Positions 42,211 through 54,721 of a DNA stretch of 64,000 nt are shown here, one piece after another (position 1 is the stretch's first letter; the number at the start of each line of letters is the position of its first letter). The position numbers and the translations under genes are program-made. The notes under the pieces are model-generated. The model ran no database searches. It was given only the letters and a program-made list of their open reading frames with translations, and was not told the origin of the DNA. Origin of the DNA: Octopus sinensis (taxonomy: Eukaryota); assembly GCF_006345805.1 (NCBI RefSeq), contig NC_043003.1:28954001-29018000 (forward strand). Reading direction: 5' to 3'.

Positions 42211-42380
42211 GTTGCCATATATTTGGTTTTGTACTTAGTTGCCATATATTTGGTTTTGTACTTAGTTGCCATATATTTGGTTTTGTACTTAGTTTATCAT
42301 ATATTTGGTTTTGTACTTAGTTTGCCATATATTTGGTTTTGTACTTAGTTTGCCATATATTTGGTTTTGTACTTAGTTTA
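42211..42380 (+). repeat. 27-28 bp minisatellite, 6 copies
   Basis: (gccatatatttggttttgtacttagtt)n, contiguous with no spacers. Confidence 0.95.
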
Positions 42381-42412
42381 TTATATTATTATTATTATTA
42401 TTATTATTATCA

Positions 42413-42972
42413 TTGAGTGAGAGAGCAGTGCATGCCATCAAAGTGACACTGGGGTAAAATATACGAAGCCCAATATACCCATCATGACTACCCGTCTGAT
42501 AAGGGTACACCAGGCACATGCATCACAACCATATGTGCGCGACATGGTGATCTCATATCAAGATAAACAGCACATGACCTTGCAGGTGGGGCCCAGTTAG
42601 AATTTTCTTCAGGTTGAGTAGCCCATCCCGCTCAAATGGTCCTTGAATAAGGGTTGTTTAAGGATGTTGAAAGAACCACCCATGTTTCCAGAGGTGAATT
42701 ATTCAAACCCCAAAGAATCCCTCTCAACACATGGCTATGATGCTCCCCCACTACTTCTGCTCGTGATCAGAGATGCACATATCGTCAGCCACTCAGGGAC
42801 ATGCTCAACTAGTTACGGTCAAACAACTGACAAGCAAATCTGTGGTATTGAGCAGAATATTTGCTGTAGCCCATCTTTTATACCAAGACAAAACAATGTA
42901 CATGATAACACTTCCAATCAGTTAAGATCAGAAGCCATGAGAGCCACTGCCTGGTACTGCATCAGGGCACTT
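42413..42972. mobile_element. Unclassified ~560-bp element flanked by (ATT)n
   Basis: Abrupt boundaries against (ATT)n on both sides; more GC-rich than its surroundings; no recognisable protein motif. Confidence 0.5.
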
Positions 42973-42984
42973 ATATTATTATTA

Positions 42985-43051
<67 letters not shown>

Positions 43052-43055
<4 letters not shown>

Positions 43056-43125
43056 TCAGTGTCTGAAATCGAACTCGGAATCTTGGGGTTAGTAGCCCGC
43101 GCTCCTAACCACTACGCCATATCCC
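43052..43125 (-). mobile_element. tRNA-derived SINE head
   Basis: Reverse complement gggatatggcgtagtggttaggagcgcgggctactaaccccaagattccgagttcgatttcagacactgacctg followed by (AAT)n. Confidence 0.8.
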
Positions 43126-43152
43126 CGTAGTGGTTAATAACAATAATAATAA

Positions 43153-43223
<71 letters not shown>

Positions 43224-43715
43224 CAACAACAACAACAACAACAATATCGAAAAATACCTTAGGAATGAGAACCCAGCTTCGAAATTTCCCCCCAAGAACA
43301 GGATGTGGACAAATATCCGTCAAATATAAATAATCTAAATAAGATACATACATTTCCACATCGATGGGCATGTATATGGATCTTCGTTGGTTTTAAAGAT
43401 GAGTACTCCAGCTGTTCGGTCAACAGAACTGCCTTGTCATAGACTTATAAAACGTAGGTGGCTGAACATTCCAAAACGTATGGAATGCTCAGAATATTTT
43501 CATGATTCTGTGAAGGTGTGACTAGAAGGTTTCTTTGAATTACAGGCACAATCCATTCCAAGGGGTTTCACACAGTTTCCATATATCCAAAACTGGGTCA
43601 ATCTGAGGCTATGGGGAAATATATGCCTATGTGAACTCATTACCCTCCGAAGCAAACGTCTTCACTACTTTGCTATGCCTGCCTTATTACTGACATATTT
43701 AAAAAATAAGCATTC

Positions 43716-43748
<33 letters not shown>

Positions 43749-43891
43749 TACAGATATATAACAGATATAGATATATACACATTTACAAAGAGAAGGCATA
43801 ATAGACATGCGCTCACACCCCGCCACATACACATACACATATATATATATGTACATATATACATATATACATATATACGAGCATACACATA

Positions 43892-44458
43892 TACGAGGTG
43901 GTACCCGAAAGTAATTGTAAACGTTCTCTGTGAGACAATCCCATTATAGTTCAGGCCACTGAATCCACTTGATGCAATCCTCAGTCATCAGTCTGCCGAT
44001 TGGCGTCGTCGGGTGTAGTTGAACTATCACGTGGTGCGTCTTTGCTTTGCAGTGCGTCAATTTTTGCGATGGCTGAAAAGAAGGAAACCGGCGGCCGAAA
44101 CAGTTGTCATGATTCAAACAACTTACAAGGACGCTATCATGAACAAAACACGAGCTTACGAGTGGTTTCCACGCTTTAGGAAGGGTCACTAGTTGCTTAA
44201 AGACCAATCTCATTCAGGACGACCGCCGATCTTCCGAACGAATGAAAACATCATGAAAATTTATGAACTGATCTTGGAAAATCATCACCGAACAATTGAC
44301 GAACCTGTTGATATGATTAGTGTAACCTGGAGCACCTGCCATCGAATTTTGGGTACATGAAGAGTTGTAGCAAAATTTGTGCCTCACTTTCTCACGGAAG
44401 ATCAAAAGCAGTCACGACTGAATGCGTGTCGTCAATTGAAACAAGAGTTACAAAATTG
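43892..44458 (+). mobile_element. Mariner 5' fragment
   Basis: TIR-like tacgaggtggtacc; AETVVMIQTTY..RAYEWFPRF..SGRP..RTIDE..VAKFVPHFLTEDQK. Confidence 0.88.
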
Positions 44459-44562
44459 CAAAATTCTGGTTTCTTTGGGGTACCACCTTGTATATGCATA
44501 CAGAAATTACAGATATAGATATATACGTACGCATACACATAGTACAGATAAATTGAAATGCT

Positions 44563-44642
<80 letters not shown>

Positions 44643-44994
44643 GTTACACATATTCTGGTATGTACACTTGCACACATTATACATAATTACATATATGCTC
44701 ACGTTAATTACATATAAATATATATACTCGTATACACCGATTTACAAATATGAACATATACAAACACACACAGATGTACACTTTAGGCATACACCTACAT
44801 AAACAGGTAATATACAGATATATACTAACACAAATTATGCATATATACAAATGCGTGCATACAGTAATTGCATATATATACATATATTCACATACGTGGA
44901 TTTACATATATAGACATACGCTCATGAACACACGCACGTCCATATGCAGAAGACACATAGCTATACATACACATGTAACACATATAGCTATATA

Positions 44995-45204
44995 CTCTTT
45001 TACTCTTTTGCTTGTTTACTTGATTCAGTCATTTGACTGTGGCCATGCTGGAGCACCGCATTTAGTCGAACAAATTGACCCCTAGTACTTACTCCACCGG
45101 TCTATTTTGCCGAACCGCTAAGCTAGGGGACGTAAACACACCAGCATCGGTTGTCAAGCGACGTTGTGGGGGACAAACACAGACACAAACATATATACAC
45201 ACAT

Positions 45205-45262
<58 letters not shown>

Positions 45263-45402
45263 GACGGGCTTCTTTCAGTTTCCATCTACCAAATCCACTC
45301 ACAAGGCTATAGTAGAAGACATAGTAAGCTTGCCAAGGTGCCATGCAGTGGGACTGAACCCGGAACTGTGTGGTTCGTAAGCAAGCTACTTACCACACAC
45401 CA

Positions 45403-45405
<3 letters not shown>
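44995..45405 (-). mobile_element. SINE family 1
   Basis: Same head, core and tail as 16878-17238. Confidence 0.9.
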
Positions 45406-45457
<52 letters not shown>

Positions 45458-45622
45458 CACACACCTGTACATTTTTTGCACGTACATTTACATATATATA
45501 AAATTTATATATATCATATCTCTTTCCTGAGCGTCCAATAATACTATATTTGTTCCACGTCCTCGCGTTGTTGTGTTTTTGGTGCTTTCATGTTTGGATT
45601 AACTATATATATGTATATATAT

Positions 45623-45674
<52 letters not shown>

Positions 45675-46246
45675 TATATATCTATATATATATATAAATA
45701 TACATAGATACATACATATATATATATGTAGAAAGTGCACATATCTCTGCATACATTTACAAGCACTTACACACGCGCACACATAAACTACCAAGCACGT
45801 ATACACACGTAGACGTGCGTACGTACGTACTTATGCAGCAGACACACGTCACATAGATATTATGCACATTGCAGGAAGAACTGGACGTTGTTACAATAGA
45901 AAAGCCATAAGAACTGGGTCAGCAGTAGTTTTTGGTTCAGTTACCTCCTCTTCCTCCTCCTCCTGCTGATTCTTCTCCTCCTCCTCCTCTTCCCCCCCTG
46001 GGTTTCCTCTTCCCCCTCCTGATTCTTCTCCTCTTTCTCTTACGCACATATTCTTCCATCTCTTTATCAAGGTTATTGTTACTGCTTAAGAATTTTTTCT
46101 TCATAAATCTCTTCCACGATCTAGGTTAAATAGTTTGATATTGAATAAAGGACGTAAGAAGGCCAAAGCCAGCGGTTTATTGTGCATTTGTGTGCATATA
46201 GATGCGTGCATTTGCTTATATAACATGTGCATGAATACATCTCTTA

Positions 46247-46278
<32 letters not shown>

Positions 46279-46321
46279 TTCTCTCACGCTCTCTCTCTCA
46301 CTCTCTCTCACGCTCTCTCTT

Positions 46322-46359
<38 letters not shown>

Positions 46360-46362
<3 letters not shown>

Positions 46363-46559
46363 TATTTGTTTCGGTCATCACACTGCACAGAGGTCATGCC
46401 AGAGCACTGCCTTGGAGAATATTCTAGTCGAAGAAATCGACCCCATTACTTTTTTTTTAAAGTTTAATACTTATTCTATCAAAATCCGGATGCCGAACCC
46501 TCTAAATGACAGGGATGTAAACTCACCAGCACCGGTTGTGAAGCAGAAGGTGGGGCTCA

Positions 46560-46594
<35 letters not shown>

Positions 46595-46660
46595 TGACGG
46601 GCTTCTTACGGTTTCTGTCTACCAAATCCACTCACAAGGCTTTAATCTGCTCTAAGCTTT
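46360..46660 (-). mobile_element. SINE family 1, degenerate and 5'-truncated
   Basis: tttcggtcatc..ttctagtcgaagaaatcgacccc..gacgggcttctt..ccaaatccactcacaaggc. Confidence 0.8.
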
Positions 46661-47004
46661 AGTAAAAGACTCTTGCAAGCTTCTTTATTCCAAAATTTTG
46701 CCATAATCAGAAAGTTTTGAGTCCCTTTTTAAGAAGTTATCAAACCTTCTCAAGAACGATCCTTAATGGATTTCTCACATTCGCTAAAGGAGAGAAACGA
46801 TAGAGAAAATCCTGTTTCACGCTCAGGACTCCCATCATCGTGATGTTGTTGATTCGCTCAATAGAATCGGATACCGTTGCAACACATACTTAAAAAATGC
46901 TCCTTAAATGCATGCTCTTGGAAGCTTCTTATCACACAGCCCCAACTGCGCCTGTCACATAGTCACATATAAATTCAAAGCATCATAAAGAAGAATGGAG
47001 TTCT

Positions 47005-47428
47005 CTTTTTTTTTTCTCTTTTCTCTTTTACTTGTTTCAGTCATTTGACTGTGGCCATGCTGGAGCACCGCCTTTAGTCGAGCAAATCGACCCCGGGACT
47101 TATTCTTTGTAAGCCTAGTACTTATTCCATCGGTCTCTTTTGCCGAACCGCTAAGTGACGGGGACGTAAACACAACAGCTTCGGTTGTCAAACGATGTTG
47201 GGAGACAAACACCGACACATAAACATACACACACACACACACACACATACATATACATATATCCGACGGGCTTCTTTCAGTTTCCGTCTGCCAAATACAC
47301 TCACAAGGCTTTGGTCGGCCCGAGGCTATAGCAGAAGACACTTGCCCAAGGTGCCACGCAGTGGGACTGAACCCGGAACCATATGGTTGGTAAGCAAGCT
47401 ACTTACCACACAGCCACTCCTACACCTA
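47005..47428 (-). mobile_element. SINE family 1, full length and young
   Basis: Close match to the other copies over head, core and tail. Confidence 0.93.
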
Positions 47429-48469
47429 TATGTACTACACATCTTCAAAATGTGTTTATTGCAGTATTATTCTCATAAAATTCCGATCCGATACGTGTTT
47501 CTGCTGGGTAAGTGTTCTAATGTCCTTGGTGAAGCGAATAGTTCGCTTAACTCAACCGCAAGGATAAAACCTTGAGCAAAGCTGCACAGGATTTCTACTC
47601 TGGATAAAATATTTACTGCTACTGAACCAATTAAATGCATACAAATGCTACATCAAAGGACATTAGCACATTTATACAGCAGAAACAGGTGTTGCATTGG
47701 AATTTAATGAGAATAATAGAGTAATAAATTTTGAAGATGTATAAACCGCTATTCTTCTTTATAGGAGAGAGAGAGGAGGAGGTGCTAGTGGTGGCGGTGG
47801 TTGTGTTTTTATTGTTGTTGCGGAAGTTTTATCTGTTTTCAAGGTGGTTCGGGTTGTTGCAGTTTTTGTTGTTATTGTTGTTGTTGGATAGCCCAGGTTA
47901 GTCCAAGCAGAGCAGACATCCGAGACGTTCCACACATGATCATCCAGTCATTTTCACGTTAATACAACGACCCAGCATCACATCATGACATTATTCTTCT
48001 TTCTTCCTTGTATATTAAAACAGTGATGATTTGATTTAAGGGCGAGTTAGCTGTTATTTCTAACAAATCGAGCGGCGTAGAGGTCCTCGTTCACTTTTGC
48101 TCTTGTTGTAGATGGTGATGGTATGATGATGACGATGATGATGATGATGATGATGATGACGACGACGACGACGATGATGATGATGATGGCTAGGATTTTG
48201 TCATCGTTGTTGTTGTTAGTGGTGTTCTTGTAAAGCCCAAGCTGAACTATGATCGAGTAGACCTATGATGAAAGACACTCCATCTTTGACCATCACACCA
48301 GGACTACTATCTTCTGTATGTCCTTTCTACATTTGAAAAGCTAAAGAGTTATTCGTTAGAGATATGGCTACTATTTCTGCCACGTCGAGCGACGCTGAGA
48401 TATTATGAACGCGGTCGCTCGACTTGCTAGAAATAGCTGCTGAGTATCCCTCAAAACCAAGGTAAGAAC

Positions 48470-48521
48470 ATGTTCGGTGATGTTTGTTGCTGTTGTTGCT
48501 GTTATTGCTGTTGTTGTTGCT

Positions 48522-48568
<47 letters not shown>

Positions 48569-49100
48569 AGTTGTTGTTGTTGTTGTTATGGTGGTGGTGG
48601 TGGTGGTGGTGCTGCTGCTGCTGCTGCTAGTTAGTCACATGACGATGATATTGATGATGACGATGATGATGATGGGAAGGAGGAGGAGGAGTAGGAGGTA
48701 AAAAGAAGTGGTGGTGGTCGTCGTCGTCGTCGTCGTCGTGCTGGTTGTGGTGGTGGTGGTGGTGGTGTTGGAGGAGGTGGAGATGGTGGAGGTGGTGGAG
48801 ATGGTGGTGGTGGTGCTGCTGCTGCTGGTTAGCCACATGACGATGATGTTGATGATGATTTTAATAATAATAATAATCATATCGACGACCACATCATGAT
48901 GATGATGACGATGACGATGGTGGGAAGGAGTAGGAGAAGGAGTAGGAGATAAAATGAGGAGGTGGTGGTGGTGGTGATGGTGCTGCTGCTGCTGCCGGTG
49001 GTGGTGTTGGTGCTGGTGCTGGTGCTCGTGGTGCTGGTTGTGCTGATTGTGCTGGTGGTGGTGGTGGTGGTGGTGGTGGTGGTGGTGGTGGTTGTGATAG
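48470..49100. repeat. Trinucleotide mosaic (GTT/GGT/GCT/GAT/GGA) with internal re-duplication
   Basis: Direct inspection; 'tagtcacatgacgatgat' recurs at 48630 and 48830. Confidence 0.9.
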
Positions 49101-49224
49101 ACTTGGTGAGTATCTTAATTGTCTCAACCCCTCAACCAAGCCCCATCCCCCACCCACCCCAATTCTATCCGTTGTCAAAACCAAAACAATTACAAGAAGT
49201 CTGTTTTGTAATAAACGTGTAACT

Positions 49225-49480
49225 TTTATTTATCTTTTATCTCTTACTTGTTTCAGTCATTAGACTGCGGCCATGCTGGGGAACCGACTTGAAGTATTTT
49301 TAGTCGAACATATCGACCCCAGTACTTATTTAAATATTCATTCATTCATTCATTCATTCATTTTGTAAAGCCTGGTACTTATTTTTTCGGTCTATTTTGC
49401 CAAACCGCTAAGTTACGGGAACGTAAACACACCAGCACCGGGTGCCAAGCGATAGTGAGGGACAAACACATACACATGTA
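49225..49480 (-). mobile_element. SINE family 1, 3' half
   Basis: ttacttgtttcagtcattagactgcggccatgctgg..caaaccgctaagttacggg. Confidence 0.85.
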
Positions 49481-49500
49481 CACACGTTCATATATATATA

Positions 49501-49546
<46 letters not shown>

Positions 49547-49840
49547 GTGTTTGTTTGTATATATATATATTTGTATGTATGTATGTATTATGTATGTATC
49601 TATAGCCACTAAACCTTTTTTCTATTTCCCCTCCCTGTTTATTTCTGTGTTCCTTTCTGTCGAAGAGCGTAGGCTCGAAACGTAAAAGACTTTCTCACTT
49701 CCTGGGCGTTAATAAACTAATAAATCTGTTTGTTGTTTAGTGCCGATGCACCTACATTGCTAGAAGCGATGACTGAATTTTTCCTTTATAGTATCACATT
49801 GCGTCTACCTGTTTATATATATATGGTAGTTGTACACTCC

Positions 49841-50170
49841 TTATGCAGAGTCTGACAACTTCTTGTACTTACCCCTATCATGGCGTCTGATGTGGTTTTT
49901 TAAACCAGACAATGCTTTGTAAAGACACCCACATAAATTGCATGTCCGATTTGGACCACCAAGAACTGCAGTTAAGTTCTGAACTCTGTGGATCTTAAAA
50001 TGTCTTTTGAGGCCTCCGTTACATTTGCACACCTCATGGCAAAGACAGCATTGACAGATATGCACAGATAGATAGAGGCAGACTAGTTAGTGAAGAGGTC
50101 TGCAAATGAGATTTAAGCCCAGCAAACAAAGGAAAGGAATGTTCTGTCAAAAATTGTGCATACAAAAAGG
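49841..50170 (-). pseudogene. Degenerate segment with three C2H2-like zinc fingers (LINE ORF2 C-terminus or ZNF pseudo-exon)
   Basis: CCLCHEVCKCNGGLKRHFKIH and CNLCGCLYKALSGLKNHIRRH in one ORF; upstream frameshifted FVCTIFDRTF../AGLKSHL; linkers are not TGEKP. Confidence 0.6.
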
Positions 50171-50217
50171 TCATTGACATTCACCTTCTCGTTGATCGCA
50201 ACATATATATATATATA

Positions 50218-50380
50218 CATGACAGGCTTCTTTCAGTTTCCACCTACCAAATCCACTCACAAGGCTTTGGTGAGCCCATGGCTATAGTAGAAGACACATA
50301 CCCATGATGCCACGCAGTGGGACTGAACTCGGAACCATACAGTTAGGAAGTAAACTTCTTTCCACACAGCCACGCCTGCG
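50218..50380 (-). mobile_element. SINE family 1, 5' half
   Basis: ggcttctttcagtttccacctaccaaatccactcacaagg..cacacagccacgcctgcg. Confidence 0.88.
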
Positions 50381-50469
50381 ACAATTGTGGAATCTTATAA
50401 CAAAAACAAAACGCGTACACATGTACATACATATACATATACACAAATACATGTATGCATACAAATACC

Positions 50470-50524
<55 letters not shown>

Positions 50525-50865
50525 CACATATGTACAGGTATTTAGCCTTAGATTGTTGTCCTATATTTTGCTCTCTACCTCACTGTCAGCACTTACCTAA
50601 CCAACCCCTGTCCCAATAACTGTGAGAAAAGTTATCTTGACTGCAGCAGGTTGTCTTATTTGTTGCCTGCTTAACTTCACCTCGAAGTACCACTTATTAA
50701 AGTACCTTTGTTGTAATGACATTTAGAGAGGATAAGTAGCTGTTGCTGCTACTGCTATTAAATGTGTTAGTGTTACTGTTGCAGCCTCTGTTATTGTTGT
50801 CGATGTAATGGAAATATTGTTGTTGCTATTGTGTACCCCTCACCTACACACCACACACACACACA

Positions 50866-50908
<43 letters not shown>

Positions 50909-51829
50909 CACACAAACTCTCACACACATATATATGTCAGTCCATTGGCTATCTGAGAACATTAACCCCACCATTCTGTCGAGCAATGATGAATCGCATG
51001 GTGAACAGCTTCGAAGTCTGAACCCATTGCGCTCTCTACACTACCCAGTCTATTTCTTAAGTTAACCAGAGCAGATGCGGAGAAGATGGGACTTGCCTAG
51101 TTCTATAATTATTGTCTGTGATGCGGGCCTCTAGCACAGGAAGTCTTAACTTAACACAAAAAAATCTACTGCTTCTTTTAAGGCTCAAACAAAATCCAAT
51201 GCCACGTTTATGGATCAATAAAATATCCAGTGTCCCCTTTATGGATTAATGAAAAATTTAGTGACTCCTTTATGGACCATCAAAAATTGATATTACCGTA
51301 AGGTCCCAGGACTCTTATGAAACAAGAGAGGTTGTTGGTTTCTTTATGCTACGTAAACCTGCACATAACGTTCGTCTCCGACCATACGGTGAGTTTTGCC
51401 TCGACGATGGCTTCTTAAATTTGCCCAATACTGTACTCGCAGGTTACTAATTATTTTAAAAATAAACAAAAATCCTTCTCAAAAGGGAATTATATGGATG
51501 CTCCTTTTGACCTTAGTAAGTTTCATAATCCCCCATGTCATAACGCCCCAGGAATATGACTCAATATCTGATTTCCAGCATCTCACTCGGCTAATTGTCA
51601 GCTAACGGGCATATCTTCTGTAATGCGTCCTAATAGTTCAAATGAAGTCTTTTTATAACGGGCCAAGTTTTCGTTTTAGTATTGTGTTCGAATGTTTGTA
51701 TGTATATAAGTGTGTGTGGTATGATAAACAGGCGTTACATTTCCAAACCACAGTTTCGTACGATCAGAGTTTCGTCTAACATAAAATGTGCTGTTACAGA
51801 GGTTGGGTCATTGTTTAGATGTTGAGTTT

Positions 51830-52470
51830 GTTGTACTTAATATAGAATAAGGTAAATTTGGTGTAATGGAAGGAGACGCATTAAACAACTCAAAGCAGCC
51901 AAGGTGGTATAGATCGTCAGCTTTTGTCTATCAATATGGTCGCAGTTTTTACGAAGTAAGAGAAGATTCGGCAACATTTTACATATCATAACACCAACAA
52001 TACACATACTAAAAATAACGTGTAAGTACAAAAGAAAGCTACAAAATATAATAACCAAAACGAACTTATGTGCCACACTATAAAACAATCTTCATGACAC
52101 TGCATGACCAAAAATGATTTCAAAATAATTATACAAATGCGGACTAAATGATTTGGTATAATTAGTAAAGCAGTTTTAGACAAAATAAACTGTGATAGAA
52201 AGAGTAATACAACAAAATTCTGTGATGGAACTGGTACCGAGAAGCAAAAGAAAAGGTATTTTACCAACGTCTAGCAGACACCCTAAAAATAATAAGGAAC
52301 GATATTTATTGGTTTAAACTGCCTTACAATCTTGGTTTAAAAACAAAATCAGTATTGCAAAATAATTCGTCTCCTTCACATTTATTCGTTGTTCGATCAA
52401 AGACAATTAATGTCAAATACAATTGCGTGAAAAATTCACACAGAATCATCAAAAGTTTCATTGCAATATA
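51830..52470 (+). mobile_element. Internally deleted Penelope-like element RT relic
   Basis: IFMTLHDQK*FQNN (FITLKDHK..F.NN-like), GIISKAVLDKIN and RNDIYWFKLPYN..TINVKYNCVKN (WFNPPYS..T.K.SYSCM.N-like), motifs I recognise from invertebrate PLE polyproteins. Confidence 0.7.
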
Positions 52471-52482
52471 AAAATATGTATA

Positions 52483-52726
52483 GAATAAAAAGTTTTGAAT
52501 GGTGCAACAATGCACTATAATACAAACAATGGGCTATATACCTGTTGTAATTTAGTCAACCATAGTCTGATGATATTTCGGAATAAAATTCATCATCTAA
52601 GAATATCTGAAGAAGTAATATTATTCCGAAATATCATATCAGACTCTGGATGACTAAATTACAAAAGGTATATTGCCCATTGTTTGTATTATAGTGCATT
52701 GTTGTATCATTCAAAACTGTTTATTC
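52483..52726. repeat. Inverted terminal repeat pair (~104-bp arms) of the PLE relic
   Basis: 52483-52586 is the reverse complement of 52621-52726; 34-nt loop includes ctgaaga. Confidence 0.9.
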
Positions 52727-52976
52727 TTTACAAACAATACACAATGCTTCAAGCGAACTACAATACTCTCCTAAAAATATGTATGTATATAAGTGTATGG
52801 TACTATCATTTAATTGATTTGGATGCTGTGTCCACTAGAAAGTGAATGGATGTGCTAGTCAATACAGAATAGTGAGAACATAACTTTTACCGTTCAAATT
52901 AGCAAACTTAAGCTAACTAGCTAAGAATACATACACCACTGGCCCGTCAGTGGATATCTATTCAAGTTTTATATGC

Positions 52977-53014
<38 letters not shown>

Positions 53015-53416
53015 ATATATATATATACATATATATGTGTGTGTGTGTGTATGTATACATATATATACACATACACACATATATATACTATATTATATAT
53101 AACATACATATGTGTGCGTGCATGTATGTATGTATGTTGGTATAGCAGCTCTATATACATCTACAATGCACCTATATATATATATAGGGATAATTCACGA
53201 AAAAAAACAAAAGACGAAGACAGGTGGTGTACAAAACAAACAGATGTATTAGTATAACGCTCAGGAATTGAAAAAGTCGTTTACGTTTCGAGTCTACGCT
53301 CTTCCACAAGAAGGAACACAAAAAGAAACAAGGAGAGAAAAAAAGTGTGTGTAGTGGCAACCGATCTATCATGGCGACATGATATGTATATATCATATAT
53401 ATATATATATATGCAT

Positions 53417-53590
53417 AATACCCCTACGCATGATTAGGAGCATTGTGCACGTGTGATACATGTGTGTGTGTTTGCATATACATAGGAATATCTAAAAGTA
53501 TATATATATACTTGTAGATATTCCTATGTATATACAAACACACATGCATCACACGTGCTCAATACCCCTAATCATGCGTAGGGGTATTGT
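53417..53590. repeat. ~175-bp near-perfect palindrome
   Basis: aatacccctacgcatgattagg..cataggaatatcta / tagatattcctatg..cctaatcatgcgtaggggtatt, centre aagtatatatatatactt. Confidence 0.88.
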
Positions 53591-54214
53591 GCACGTGTGT
53601 GTGTGCATACGTATACGGGTCTGTGTATATGGATGTGTGTGTGCGTATATGTGTATGTATGTCTATATAAAGAGAATATATCTATGTATGTGTGTGTGTG
53701 CATGTGTGTATATCAAGACAGACAGAAAGAGAGGTATGAAAGCAGAGAGAGGGGGAGAAAAGGGGATAGAGGGAGAGAGAAAGTGGGAAGTATAGACTAA
53801 ACCCATAAAAGATCGTGAAAGAAAAGGAATAAAAAACATGTCAGAAGTTATGTGTAAAAAGAAATTGAAAAAGAAATGAAAAAGCAATAAACTCTTTCTG
53901 CTTGTTGTTTTTATTTTTCAAAAAACAAATAGACACATTGAAAAACGATCATAACAGACGTTGCCGGGGTGTTTTGATTGGAGAAATATGAAGGGAATTA
54001 AAATAAATACATAAAAATACATTGAGTCAGTGATAACAATAACACCAACAGCATCTACCTCTATTGGTACGACTACTGCTACTAGTACTACAACTACTAC
54101 TACTTCTACTACTACTACTGCTACTACTACAGAGAAGAAGAAGAAGAAGAAGAAGAAGAAGAAGAAGAAGAAGAAGAAGAAGAAGAAGAAGAAGAAGAAG
54201 AAGAAGAAGAATCC

Positions 54215-54522
54215 TTTTTACTATAATCACAAGCCAGCAAATTTTGAGGGGAGGGGGATAGTCAGAAATTGAACTCAGAACGTTTGAACGGACGAAATGT
54301 CCCTAAGAATTTTGCCTGGCGTACTAACCAGTTAACTGTCAGTTAACAACCAAAATATTGGTTTCAAATTTTGACGCAAGGCCAGCAATTTTGGGAGAGT
54401 GGGCAAGTCGATTGCATTAACCCAAGTATTTGACTGTTACTTTTTTATCTACCTCGAAAAGGATAAAAGCAAAGTCGACCTCGGCTGCATTTGAGCCCAG
54501 AAGTAAAGATGGACGAAATGCT
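54215..54522 (-). mobile_element. Two truncated SINE family 2 copies
   Basis: aattgaactcagaacg..ggacgaaatg and aaagtcgacctcggc..gcatttgagcccagaagtaaagatggacgaaatgc. Confidence 0.75.
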
Positions 54523-54561
<39 letters not shown>

Positions 54562-54634
54562 TATAATAATAATAATAAATAATAATAATAGTAGTAATAA
54601 TAATAATAATAATAAATAATAATAATAATATATA

Positions 54635-54701
<67 letters not shown>

Positions 54702-54721
54702 TAATAATAATAATAATAATA

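Noticed and set aside
42211-42380. CRISPR-like 27-28 bp direct repeats
   Set aside because: Repeats are contiguous with no spacers, no cas genes, eukaryotic context; a minisatellite
42643-43092. 149-aa ORF
   Set aside because: Runs from an unclassified repeat into (TAT)n; no recognisable domain
52100-52130. In-frame TGA in the PLE relic as selenocysteine (Naiad-type)
   Set aside because: Position does not correspond to a Cys-type residue, the relic has other frameshifts, and no SECIS was recognised
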